A DNA stretch of 64,000 bases from Octopus vulgaris (lineage: Eukaryota): NCBI GenBank assembly GCA_951406725.2, contig OX597835.1, positions 20,212,001-20,276,000 on the forward strand, written 5' to 3'. This document shows, piece by piece, positions 41,349-53,802 of this stretch; positions within the stretch are counted from its first letter, which is position 1, and every line of letters starts with the position of its first letter. The translations under genes were made by a program, and so were the position numbers. Below the pieces are notes generated by a model. It was not told the origin of the DNA. It did no database searches and worked only from the letters and a program-made list of their open reading frames with translations.

Positions 41349-41734
41349 TGGAGGCGCAATGGCCCAGTGGTTAGGGCAGCGGACTCGCGGTCGTAGGATC
41401 GCGGTTTTGATTCCCAGACCGGGCGTTGTGAATGTTTATTGAGCGAAAACACCTAAAGCTCCATGAGGCTCCGGCAGGGATGGTGGTGATCCCTGCCGTA
41501 CTCTTTCACCACAACTTTCTCTCACTCTTACTTCCTGTTTCTGTTGTACCTGTGTTTCAAAGGGCCGGCCTTGTCACTCTCTGTGTCACGCTGAATCTTC
41601 CTGAGAACTACGTTAAGTGTGCACGTGTTTGTGGAGGGCTCAGCCACTTACACGTTAATTTCACGAGCAGGCTGTTCCGTTGATTCGGATCAACCGGAAC
41701 CCTCGTCGTCGTAACCGACGGTGTGCTTCCATCC
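41349..41734 (+). mobile_element. SINE family C, tail type 1, full length
   Basis: tRNA-like head; 13-bp TSD aataaggtatttg (41336-41348 / 41735-41747). Confidence 0.9.
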
Positions 41735-42182
41735 AATAAGGTATTTGACCCTATGTATGCAAGGATGGTTTTCAAGAATGATTTGAAATAAAAGAATATT
41801 GCTAATGTCACAGTGTGTGTTATTAGTTTCTATTCTGCGCGGAGTTTCTACTCTGTTCGTACGATTATGTGTGCTGTATGATGCTCCAGTTAACGCTAGT
41901 GAACTTTGCTAGCCTTTCAACAACTATATGTACTTTTAAGTCTGACTTCTACTGCTATGTTGATGTCTAATTTTATCAGGGGAGTGCTGATGTTTAGAAT
42001 GAAGATTTACAAAATTTTTTCTCGTCAAAATAATTTAGTAATTGGTTGTGTCTGTGTTGATAATGCAGGCAATTGTACGTTACACTATTGATTTGTTGAA
42101 AGGCTGACAGTCGAGCTGATTGCCGAATTTCTTCATTTGTATCTTCTGAGTGTTTCCTCTGACGTTGTGTCACATATTACTG

Positions 42183-42219
<37 letters not shown>

Positions 42220-42293
42220 CGCCATGTTGATTCGTTAGCTACTGCACGCATTTTTTTTCTCTCCTTCTTTCTGTGTTTTTCTCTCTCTGTGTA

Positions 42294-42331
42294 TCTTTCT
42301 GTTGAAGAGCGTAGGCTCGAAACGTTAAAGA
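42294..42331 (+). ncRNA. minimal Penelope-type hammerhead, one core substitution
   Basis: tcttt-CTGTTGA-a-gagc-gtag-gctc-GAAA-cg-TT-aaaga (CUGA to CUGU). Element ~42218-42430 in (TA)n; its 3' end recurs at ~30846-30893. Confidence 0.6.
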
Positions 42332-42428
42332 CTTGTTTTATTTATATTTCCTGAGCGCCATACTAATACAATTGTTCGTTTGTTTTCCACCTGCCTTCGT
42401 CTTTTGTTTATTTTCATAAACCTTCCCG

Positions 42429-42479
<51 letters not shown>

Positions 42480-42580
42480 TACATTAAAAGGCTTCTAAAA
42501 GAAGAAGTGAGTACTAGATACACAAAAATTGGATAAATTCAGTGAAATGAAAATTAAAAACGTTTACAAACTCGGTTCAT

Positions 42581-42657
42581 CTTATACTGCAGTTTCGTCT
42601 TTTTCAGCATTAAATATAATTTATCTGCTCAGGTTAGACTCATCAGTAAGCAACCTG
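42581..42657 (-). ncRNA. type-I hammerhead ribozyme with potential pseudoknot
   Basis: caggttg-ctta-CTGATGA-gtct-aacctg..agac-GAAA-ctgcag-TA-taag; intact core; palindromic stem III ACTGCAGT. Confidence 0.85.
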
Positions 42658-42686
42658 TTATCCTAGAAGTACATATCAATAGACGC

Positions 42687-42743
<57 letters not shown>

Positions 42744-42744
42744 C

Positions 42745-42776
<32 letters not shown>

Positions 42777-42915
42777 TTACCGGAGTAAACACATAAATGT
42801 GAAACAAGGTGGAAAAAAGAGTACTCACATACCAGTGGTAGAGTAATATGCTTTATTTAAAGCAGCAGAAAATTCAACAAAACATGTTACTCTAGGTTTC
42901 CCGTTGCTAGCAAAA

Positions 42916-42953
42916 CTGTCCTATGAACGGCAACGGGAAACTCAGAGTAACAG
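42916..42953 (+). ncRNA. degenerate hammerhead in a fold-back element (same family as 62468-62680)
   Basis: ctgt-CCTATGA-acg-gcaa-cgg-GAAA-ctcagag-TA-acag; core mutated; inverted arms ~42852-42907 / 42929-42986. Confidence 0.55.
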
Positions 42954-42985
42954 GTTTTGTTGAATTTTCTGCTGCTTTAAATAAA

Positions 42986-43043
<58 letters not shown>

Positions 43044-43197
43044 TAGAAACAAACACATTTTATCAACTCAAAAGGAAAAATTAAATAACCCTATCTAGAA
43101 AATTACATATAATAGAAATATTAAATATAAGATAAAAAATATACCGATTATTAATTAATGTGCAAAATAATAACTAAAACACATATATTTAGTAGAA

Positions 43198-43298
43198 TAA
43201 CGACACGTGTTTCGTGGCTATATTTAAGAAATGATTATAGTAAAAATAGTAGTAGTAGTAAAATCACTACAATATAAATATAGCCACTCATCAGGTTA
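43198..43298 (-). ncRNA. type-I hammerhead ribozyme with long stem II
   Basis: taac-CTGATGA-gtggctatattta..taaatatagccac-GAAA-cacgtg-TC-gtta; 13-bp stem II, palindromic stem III ACACGTGT, GUC triplet. Confidence 0.85.
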
Positions 43299-43658
43299 AA
43301 AATAACTACAATAATAAAATAATTAATTAATAACTATACGTAAATAATTCTTTATGAACAATCTACCATGAAGGCATCCAACTACAACTAACAGCCCATT
43401 ATTAATAAATCAACAACAGTTGTTATTGAATATAATAAAAATAACATGGTAAAAGTTTTTATTTTTCCTTTACTTCGAAAATTGCTATTAAATCGTGGTT
43501 TTGGCCGTGTTGGCTGCTATTTCTAGCATGTAAAAATTACCTCTTACAAGGTAGTTTTCTTTTGTGTTTGAGTACACTATTTTATAATATGGATATGTTG
43601 TCTATTGACTATTTAAACATGCTAGGCCACTGGTGGTGATATTTATAACGAATATTCG

Positions 43659-43714
<56 letters not shown>

Positions 43715-44253
43715 TTTATATATGTATACTTATGTATGTATGAATCCGTGCGTGTACATGGGGAAAGAGCTGGAGAAACGTGCATTAGTTAATAACATCA
43801 ACTGGCCTTAATTGACCTCATTTGTTAGGCAACGTTTCATTAACGCTAAAAGGATATTTAATCATTCTCTGTGTAAGTACGTATGTAAATATGTATGTAT
43901 TTCGTATATCTATTTACAACTCTCTCTCTCCGTCACTCTATCTTCTATCTCTCCTTGTTTCTACATGTATATATATATATCAATTTATACATATATGTAT
44001 GTATATATGTATATGTCTATGCATATATGTATATATATATATATGTGTGTGTGTATGTATGTATATTCTAAAGAAAATTATAAGATTCAACCTTACTCTG
44101 ACCATAAATGTCAGTCTAATATCAGGACACTGAAATCTGCAACAGAAAATAGTTTGGCTCTACCACGTGTTAAGGGGTTTAAACGATTTAATACTAGACT
44201 ATTCTCCATAGCAAATTTACAATAAAAGCACATGACTCTATTTAAATTATTTC

Positions 44254-44535
44254 AATCGCCACGGTTTCCTAATTCATATAGATTTATCACATCATTATAC
44301 ATACACATTCATATATAAAAGTATATATGTACACGCATGAATGCACACTATACATGTGTATGTGTGTTTGCCGTAGACAGCCGGACAGGCAGGCAAATAT
44401 AACGTACTCCATGCAATACCAGTATTGCTCAAGGTACCTCCTAAATAAATAAATCTAAGTCAGTCTCCGATCTTTGATCATTCACAGTTATGAACGGTTC
44501 CACATCTTGGAAGGAGCGGGCTGGTACATTATAAC
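44254..44535 (+). repeat. inverted duplication arm (partner 46060-46464)
   Basis: Reverse complement of 46060-46464 minus an internal ~125 bp. Confidence 0.85.
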
Positions 44536-44785
44536 ATTTTTGTTTAGATTGATTGTTAACCCAAAGCTGCACATTCCCCTTGTGTTGCATATCTTTCCGA
44601 GAATGTGTCAACAGGTGACAATCAACTGTATACAGAAACTAAACAAGGTGAGAATGCAGTACTTACTTTCGTTTTAGCACAGAGTCTTTTGATTGAACAG
44701 TTTTCCTGTTGTCCTATATACATACAAACAAACATACATACAAGCATATATATGTATATTCACATATATACATATATATTTACGT

Positions 44786-44837
<52 letters not shown>

Positions 44838-44880
44838 GAATAATTGAAAGAATGGAGTTGAACGACAAATTAACAAATTT

Positions 44881-44975
44881 CCTTTATTTTCGACCTATGT
44901 TTCGAAGGCTGCATATTCCTAATTGTGAAGGAACAAGGAGTACATTATGCCGCTTTCTCATCAGGAAAAACAAGG
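44881..44975 (-). ncRNA. type-I hammerhead ribozyme with extended stems I and II
   Basis: ccttgt-ttttc-CTGATGA-gaaagcggcata..tatgcagccttc-GAAA-catagg-TC-gaaaa-taaagg; intact core, GUC triplet; element ~44834-45080 in (TA)n. Confidence 0.8.
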
Positions 44976-45077
44976 TATTTATGTCAACATCAACCGTGTT
45001 ATTTCTGAGGTGAATTTGCTACCCAGGTATCGGTTAAACGAATTATCCATAAAAAGGTATTTCATTTTTCTACTCAA

Positions 45078-45110
<33 letters not shown>

Positions 45111-46074
45111 GATATAAAAATAATCATATACATATACATGCATACATGTGTGTGTGTGTGTGTGTGTGTGTGCACATAAATACGATATATAGCATGAGGT
45201 TAAGAAGTAATTATTTATCACGATTGCTACATATTGTATTATCCTTCAACATATCATCGCCGCCTCTTCTGTCTTTCACATAAAACGACAAATTCATAAC
45301 ATACATCTGCAATATGTTTAGTTTGTGAGGGAGACATCTGTATGATAGCATAAATTGATCGAAGAACTTTGAAACTACGTAGTAGCAGCGGTGGTGGTGG
45401 TGGTGGTGGTGATCTTCGTCGTCGCTGTCATCATTCTCTTCTTCATCATCATCATCATCGTTACCTTCATCATCATTCTTATTATTGAATTGAAGTTCAT
45501 TTATTGAATAAGCACTATAATTGATATAATTATTGTGATGTAACTTATATCACTTGGTTATTTCGCTACTTTACAATATGAGTCCATTTTGCGTATTCTC
45601 GTCTATAATTACTACATCCCTGCACCTGCTTTTCCATGTAATTATATCAAATTAACGCTGCGTAAAGACTTCCGTACAACGTTACTTCACACTCAACTAT
45701 TCCCACATGTAATTTATAGAAGCAAATCTATGTTGTCTATGAAATATATTATAATTTATATCATTAATTTGTCATTTGTGATGTTGACAACAGTCTCCAG
45801 ATATGAGCAAACGAATAGATAACTACAATGCTTGTTATCTTATTATTTTATTATATTACTGGTTTAAATATTTCAGAGTTGTTGAGATGCAGAGTTGTTA
45901 TTAAATAGAACAAAACAACGTGCAGTGTATTTTCGCCTCTAGCCATTAAGAATGGACATCTCGCCGGAGGTAATTTTGCTTCCCATCGGTTAAATAATGT
46001 GTCAGACAAGTACTTGAACAAACGTAAACAGTTCTCTTTACTATAGACACAAAACACGAAATTTATAATGTCCC

Positions 46075-46300
46075 AGCCCGTCCCTTCCAAGATGTGGAAC
46101 CGTTTATAACTGTGAATGGTCAAAGATCGGAAACTGACCTAGATTTATTTATTTAGGATGTACCTTGAACGCTACTGGTCATGATGATGAAATTTCATAC
46201 AGAATCAGCAGGGCTAATAGAACTTTTAGTAGGCTTGATAGGCGTCTGTGGAAATAACATATCTTCATAAATTAAAGTTAATGTATATAACACATGCGTC
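46075..46300 (+). mobile_element. RTE-type LINE reverse transcriptase C-terminal fragment
   Basis: EPFITVNGQRSETDL..FIYLGCTLNAT..DDEISYRISRANRTFSRLDRRLWK (cf. FxYLGS..DDEIxxRIxKAxxAFGRLxxRVW). Confidence 0.8.
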
Positions 46301-46494
46301 CGCAATGGAATGCATTATTTTTGCCTGCCTGTCCGGCTGTCTACGACAAACACACACACACATGTATAGTGTGCATTCATGCGTGTACATATATACTTTT
46401 ATATATGAATGTGTATGTGTAATGATGTGATAAATCTATATGAATTAGGAAACCGTGGCGATTGTATGCAACCCGCTGCTCAACTGTTACTTAT

Positions 46495-46612
46495 TATAAC
46501 AACACCGAAAGAATGAAGTGAAAGGCAATATCGACCTCGGTGGAATTTGAAATCAGAACATGAAGATGGTCGAAATGCCTGGTGTGATAACCATTCTGCC
46601 AACTCGCCGTCT
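46495..46612 (-). mobile_element. SINE family B, degenerate
   Basis: aaggcaatatcgacctcggtggaatttgaaatcagaac..ttctgccaactcgccgtc. Confidence 0.65.
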
Positions 46613-47045
46613 TTACTTTAGCCGATTCGGAAATATATAACTGGTTTGCATGTGTTTCGTGAAGCTGAGATATGCCCCATGCTTTGAATGTGAAAGTTCA
46701 CAATGGCTGTTACACAGTTGCTGTTTAAATAGTATCTTTAAAATATAATACCGCACACGATTACGTCCAGCCATACACAGTTTCACTCGAGAAACGAAGC
46801 CAGACCAAAAATTGATTATAGGAAGAAGTGTTTCTAAATTTAGTATGAAACACTGATTATTTTCTTAATGTTGTTCTCTAAAACAGGAAATTCGAGACAA
46901 AAGTAGTGAAGTTCTTTCTTTATGTTTTTGTGATTGTGTGGTCGTTCCGATTGTGAGGTCCTTTAAAGCATTAATTGTTTACGAGTGGTCCTCTCGCACG
47001 CCCAGAGGCATACACAAGCGCGCACAGACAAATGCACATATACAT

Positions 47046-47478
47046 ACTCTTTTACTCTTTTACTTGTTTCAGTCATTTGAGTGCAGCCATGCTGGAGCAC
47101 CGCCTTTAGTCGAGCAAATCGATCCCAGGACTTATTCTTTGTAAGCCTATACTTATTCTATCGGTCTCTTTTTGCCGAATCGCTAATTTATGGGGACGTG
47201 AACACACCGGAATCGGTTGTCAAGCGATGTTGGGGGCGGGGCAAACACAGATTGGAGTCTGCAATTTTAGAGAATGTTTTACCACAAATATTACAGTGAT
47301 ATATATATATATATATTTACATATATACGACGGGCTTCTTTCCGTTTCAGTCTACCAAATCCACTCACAATGTTTTGGTCGGCCCGAGACACATGCCCGA
47401 GTTTTCACGCAGTGGGACTGAACGCGGAACGATGTGGCTGGTAAGCAAGCTACTTACTACTGAGCCACTCCTGCGCTT
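47046..47478 (-). mobile_element. SINE family A, near full length
   Basis: Colinear with family A; internal microsatellite partly replaced by a short unique insert. Confidence 0.85.
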
Positions 47479-48648
47479 ATAAGATTAAGATTCCAATAAT
47501 ATTATTACTTTTCTCATTAACTTTTCCTCTTCTTCGACCCATCCCATCATAGTACATGAAATAAAATTGACAGAAAAGATTCAGCGGGTAATTTTATATA
47601 TAATTCCTCAAATAGTTAGATCAATTAATAGAAGCTTTGATAATAGCTAAACAAAAACGAAATATCAATAGCGGCTGATTATATATTAGATAAAATATTA
47701 AATCAAATTCGGTCTAAAAACTACATGATTTTGTTTTTAAATTTGCGCTTCACAACCCACTGGAAAATCGATAGCAACAATTCATACTGTCTCTTTATTT
47801 TGACGATGATGATCCAGGCGAGAAGGTCTAGTAACTTTTAAGGATTAATGGATTTAGGACCGCTCATGTTCTGAATGAAACATAGGGGATTAATATGGAC
47901 ATGTAAAATATATTTCTAAAAGAACTCGAAATCAAACTTATGGGTCGACAATAAGATTAAGGATTGCATTTTTGGTGAAGAAGCGCTGGTATATCCGCAT
48001 CCATGACAATGTCAAATACTCTGCCCCCAGGCATTATTCTTTCCCCCATCTTCACCAATAAATATCATGTGGTTCTGATATGTAATTAAGATGAGGTATT
48101 ATGATGTGATATATTCAATGTATTTTTTTAAATAGTCCTACTGTTTATCTTCATTCAATTAATCAACAATAATATTAAATGATGTAATCTTCCTTGAAAA
48201 AAAATGGTAAACGAAATGACAGCGACTGGCCGATCGTTTTAAATGTGCAGAATGCATGTGCCCACTTTTCCATTATTTAGTTTACGTATATATTTCAAGC
48301 TCTTGTAATGCCCGTGCCTTAACAAGCGGAAGTACAATATTCGTCATAAATGTTTTGAATAAATAGTTTGCAACTTGAATTTCACGCCGACATTGGATAA
48401 CAGCTGAGATCTGTGTGGAAAATAGCTTCTAGACAGAAATTAATAACTGATTTTAAGTAGTAGTACCAATAATGGATGATGCTTAAAATGCAGAAATGTT
48501 AAACTTCTTCCTATTCACGTTGCAGGAAAGAGCATAGGTTTATGTCCCCAAAATTAAATTAGAATGGTCTTATCTGGAATGCTTTCTTCTAATGTGTTTC
48601 TACAATAAGCGTTGACTCATTTCTCATTTTAAGACGTACATATGATAT

Positions 48649-48935
48649 GTGGAGGCGCAATGGCCCAGTGGTTAGGGCAGCAGACTCGCGGTCGTAGGAT
48701 CGCGGTTTCGATTCCCAGACCGAGCGTTGTGAGTGTTTATTGAGCGAAAACACTTAAAAGGTCCACGAGGCTCCAGCAGGGGTGGTGATCCCTGCTGTAC
48801 TCTTTCACCACTCTTTCTTCTGTTGGCCTGCTCGCTTAGCCAGCGGGGTGGCGCCATTCGAAGGCTAAAACAACGCGAATGCATTGTGACCAGCGATGTG
48901 TAACTACATCTGATGGACTGGTCGGTCACGTGATC
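48649..48935 (+). mobile_element. SINE family C, tail type 2
   Basis: 11-bp TSD acatatgatat (48638-48648 / 48936-48946). Confidence 0.9.
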
Positions 48936-50229
48936 ACATATGATATACCAAGATCTATGTTTACTAAAATCATTGGCGAAAATGGAATCTACATAGAGAA
49001 ATGAATAGAATACTATCAACCTTTTCATAAGGATTAGCCCGAAGGAATTCCATTGTGAACAAGGTACATGTATAAGATTTTGTGAATGCATTAATTCATT
49101 GCTTCTGTTGTTGCTGCTGTTTAGCCCCCAGATACACATTCATCGACACAATTGTTATGTTAAAATTTTCCACAGGACACCGTCCGAGAGACGCTAGCTT
49201 CACTATGACTCAAAGAAAATAGAAATATCACAATACCAAATACTGATTTTTGATAATACATCCATAAGAACAACATTGAGTTGGCAATAAAACCTCGGGT
49301 TATATATCAGCAACAACAACGACTGTGTTGGGTTAAACGCAAAGACAATTATAAAAAGAAGGCGTCCATTTTGTTGCCGTTGTTATTGTCGTTATTATTT
49401 AGAAACACGTGCTCCTTCGTCGAGACAAAACTATGAAAGGAAATGATCTACAGGACACCTTCCAAAATATACAGCCCAGTAGATGTTATAGTCCTTGCAA
49501 CACTTTGATTTAAAGAAAACAAAATGATAAGAATAATAAATGAAGTACTGTAATAACAGATCTCAGTGACCAACAACACCGGAGCCTATATAGCAATTAA
49601 AAACACGGGTTAAACATCGACAGCCGCATTGAACAAGATTTATAAGCAGCAGGCAGCTTTCATTCAACATAACGTATTGTAAAAAAAATGGATGTACTCT
49701 TAGAAAATAATCTTCACTTTCAGCTCGAGACAGACAGTAAAAGAAATATTATAGAACAAAAATATATAATTAAAAAAGACATTTATAAAGATTCATTAAA
49801 TGAAGATGAGAAACGAATACATGAACAAAAAAATAACACATTCCTTAATATAAAAAAAACAACTTTGATTGATTATTGGTGGAATATAAAGAAGTTTGCA
49901 CTTTGACACTTTATATACAGTAAACAACCATTCAGCGTACAGCTCTCTAGGTGTCAAAATTGTTTCAAATTCGTTACGTTTTCCCTTTCAGTATAGATTC
50001 ACTGCTACTGCTGGGAGGACTTTTTTTTTTACTTTTATTCTAATAGGTTCTTTATTTATAATCTTTATTTGTTTTGTTATATTTCAATTGGAATTTAATT
50101 ATTAGTTGCCTGGTTATCTTGCGTAATGTTATTAGAGATTTGAACTCGAGCTAAACTAAAAGCAACAAGAAATTAATTATCCAGACGTACCATCCTCACC
50201 TACAGCCATACAGACGTGTATACATACAT

Positions 50230-50452
50230 ACGCGGGGTGGGTACTGAAATGTTCCTGGTCTTAAGGACATTAGGTAAAATCTGGTTATAGCCCCAAACTT
50301 CCGGGTTGTTTTATGGGGCTTAGAGAAACTGAAGGGCCTCTGCGATAAGTGTGTGAATCTGAGACTGGAATATGCTGAACAAAATCATAATTTACTGATC
50401 CTTCTGTATTTTCTTTTACCCAAAGTGACGAATATTTCAGCACGCCTTCGTG
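50230..50452. mobile_element. mariner-derived MITE, degenerate
   Basis: tacgcgggg..gtactgaaatgttcc / gaatatttcagcacgccttcgtg; homologous to 39325-39550. Confidence 0.55.
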
Positions 50453-50595
50453 TCGTACATCCATGTGAATGTATACATACATACAAACATATATATATAT
50501 ATATATACATATATACATATATATAAGTCTGCTCAGGACTTGGTGTTTGCTTTTTCCATGGGTATGAGTAAGTATTTCACTTATATCTTGCATAT

Positions 50596-50657
50596 TTGCC
50601 GCTGAAGAGGGGAAAATTTTCTTATGAATTAACCCCGAAATTGGACCAATACGGTAA
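50596..50657 (+). ncRNA. type-I hammerhead ribozyme
   Basis: ttgccg-CTGAAGA-gggg..cccc-GAAA-ttggaccaa-TA-cggtaa; intact core, near-palindromic stem III, AUA triplet; element ~50525-50780 between (TA)n tracts. Confidence 0.85.
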
Positions 50658-50781
50658 TAACGAATTTTTTAGAGATTTCTATCGGTTTGTTTCGAGACGC
50701 ATAAATTATAATGGTTATCGACAATTTATTGTTTCGGCATATTTGCCATTATAATTTTTCTTCTGCCCTTATCTTCTAAAT

Positions 50782-50833
<52 letters not shown>

Positions 50834-51017
50834 CATACATATATTCGTAAGCGGTATGTACATACACACATACGTAAATGCGTACATAAATATATAAATA
50901 TATAGATATAAATACATATATATATGTACATATATACACACACATATATATATATATTATATATATATATATATATATAAAAGGAGTTCATATATATTAT
51001 ATTTCTTGAATAAACAG

Positions 51018-51114
<97 letters not shown>

Positions 51115-52280
51115 CTCCCTTAACCTACTTTGTGTCAACTGAAAATAAGAACCCCTTTCCTCAATAAATACAATCCATTTGACGCGCCAGCAGTTGTGTG
51201 TCAAATATTTCATCAACTTTATTAACGGCACGGGAAAACCAAACACCGCAAACGCAATCAACATTGATATAACTGAAATTAGAAATCAAATCGTTATATC
51301 GTGTATCACGAAACATTAACCTCTGTTACATCCCACAGACCTTAAGGAACCTAGTGACTACTGACGTTCGCACACGGGCAAAATTTTAAGTTTAGGATAT
51401 AAGAAATTTTATCAAAAGGCACTATTTAATTTGAAACATAGAGTGGAGAATTTGACACTTGCGACATTTAATAAATCAATTAAATACAAGAAGTTACTTT
51501 GACGCACAGAATTCCATCCTCTCAACTGTTTAAATATCTGTTGGGTAGGAGAGTGTTTTGCTGCACTTATCATTCCATACTCGAAACCTTACCATATTCA
51601 ATAACCTACGTACACTCTTTGTCCTTTCGGAACTCCAATTATAGCGGATCCTAGGCGATGGCTTAGTTTGCTTTCATATCCGAATATTTTAGAAGCTGTA
51701 CTGAATTTCTCTTCCAACTACTACATGTTAATATTATATTGACCAGATGTTGGGGTAGGAAATAGATTTTCACTATAGTAACATTTTGTGTCTAACATCA
51801 ACTGAAGATTATGCAGTTCATCTGAATAATTCTTATATCCTTGCCTTTGGATATAGAATATACTGTAACATTGTTACATCAAACACATAACAAATTTGTT
51901 CCTTCTCAACGACTTCTACGACTGCTTCTCAAATGCGACTGCACACTCCACAGTGTACCTAGCACTGTCAGTACGCATGCGCTTTTGTAAGGTTTAGGAC
52001 AGTTCACTTTCTATCCAACAGGGGCGTCAGGATTTCATCACAATAATAATAAACATCAATTATTTTCTATAAACATTTTCGGTAAATCTTTGTATTTATT
52101 AACTTCCAGAATAAGATTAAATTGATGGTAGTTTGCATAAGTCTGACAAGCCAGATGGACATGCATGTAGGCTGTCTTGAACACACAAGGAATGATCTGG
52201 GAGTTGTTTCGATTTGTTAAAATTAGCCTCCAATTTTTGGTTTGGGTTGATAGCTTCAAATGTCGTAAGCAATAAGAAAG

Positions 52281-52495
52281 TCGGCGAACTTGGCAGAACC
52301 ATTAGCACCCCAGGCAAAACGCTTAACGGATTTTCGGCTGTCTTTACGTTCTGAGCTCAAATTCCATCGACATCGACCTTGCCTTTCATCATTTCGCAAT
52401 CGATAAAATATATACCCATTGAGCATTCAGGTTGAGGAACATGTAATCGACTTACCGCATTCCTCGAAAATGCTAACCTTGAGCCAAAATTTGAA
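52281..52495 (+). mobile_element. SINE family B, degenerate
   Basis: ggcgaacttggcagaaccattagcac..gcctttcatcatttcgcaatcgataaa. Confidence 0.65.
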
Positions 52496-53802
52496 ATCGA
52501 TATCTTAAAACAAGCAAAGAGCACGATGTTCTTGAACACGAATTGATTGTGAATAAAAGACGAGATGTTCAAGAATGGAATGCTATTGATCATAATAATG
52601 TCTGCTGGATCATAATCGACCTGGTGTTAAATATGAAGAATGATTACAAAAAAGCAAAACACACATCAATAACTGCAAAGAAAAGCGCTTGAGGAAGGTA
52701 TATTTTTAACTCCAAGGTGTTTACCATGAAGAGAATGTATGGACGGCCTAATTTGTTTGTTCACGATAATATTTTATTGCTATTCATTTCTTCCATAGTT
52801 TAAGGGAAAGGAAAATATTCCAAGTTGTGCTGTAAACAATTTTTTTTTTCCTTTTATCTTTTCTTTTATAGAATTTCTTACTGGAACTATCTGAGGTTTT
52901 CTTCATTTTCAGTTCGTGATATTTTTTTCTCTCTCTTTCCTTTTGCGAAGAATATATATTCATTTATATATTTCTTGCTTTTTTTTTTTTCACTTAATTA
53001 ATCTTTAAATCTTGCGCTATATTCTTCTTATAGACGATGCTGATGATGATGACTTTGACGATGATGATGATGATGATATCAACGACGTCGACGACGACCG
53101 CGATGGTGATGTGTCGTTTTTATTGTATTTCATTTATTTTCGTTGTTTGGCGGTGGTCGTGTGGATTCTGGTGATGGTGGCAGTGTAGGCTTGAAAGCAT
53201 TGTTGCTATTGTTGTTGTTGTTGTTGTTATAGCTCTTGGTGATAGTGTTGTGTGACAGGCTGTTTTCTTGTTTGGTTTATTTGGTAAGTTCATGATATTC
53301 CAATGACAAGCTAGCCATTGATGTTCTAAAGGAATGAAATTTATTTATTTTTTGTATTTCCATTTATTTTCTCAGAATGAAACATTTTAGTAGACAACAT
53401 GGTGACTGAGCGATCATTAGCTGTGAGTAGGTGGCTGGTATTTAATGGAAGAATAACACGATTTTTAGTTAGTTTACTGCGATGGTGACGGCATTGATGT
53501 TAGTGATATGTAGGGTGGTGTGTTGGTGACGTTGGTCACGTGCTGTTCGTGCTGGTGTGGATGGTGGGGACCATGTGTTGATGTCGATGATAGTAGAGTT
53601 AGTGTATATAGTGTTGCTGCTGGTAGACTTCGTGATATTCTAGTTGGTATTGATGTGGAGGATGCTTGCTTTTGTTGTTGTTGTTGGAAGTGATGCTCTT
53701 AAGGTTTTTGTTTTGATGCTGCTATTGCTGTCGTTTGCGGTGTTAATGTTCGTAACAAGTCAGTTCGTGTGCCTGGTGTCAATGTTCGAGGATTTAATAT
53801 AT

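Noticed and set aside
41349-41425. tRNA gene calls for SINE heads
   Set aside because: A and B boxes are present but there is no complete cloverleaf; heads continue into SINE bodies with TSDs.
47780-51860. Faint LINE-like peptide traces near 47.8-48.1, 49.2-49.6 and 51.5-51.9 kb
   Set aside because: Too degenerate to call by eye; would need a profile-HMM search.
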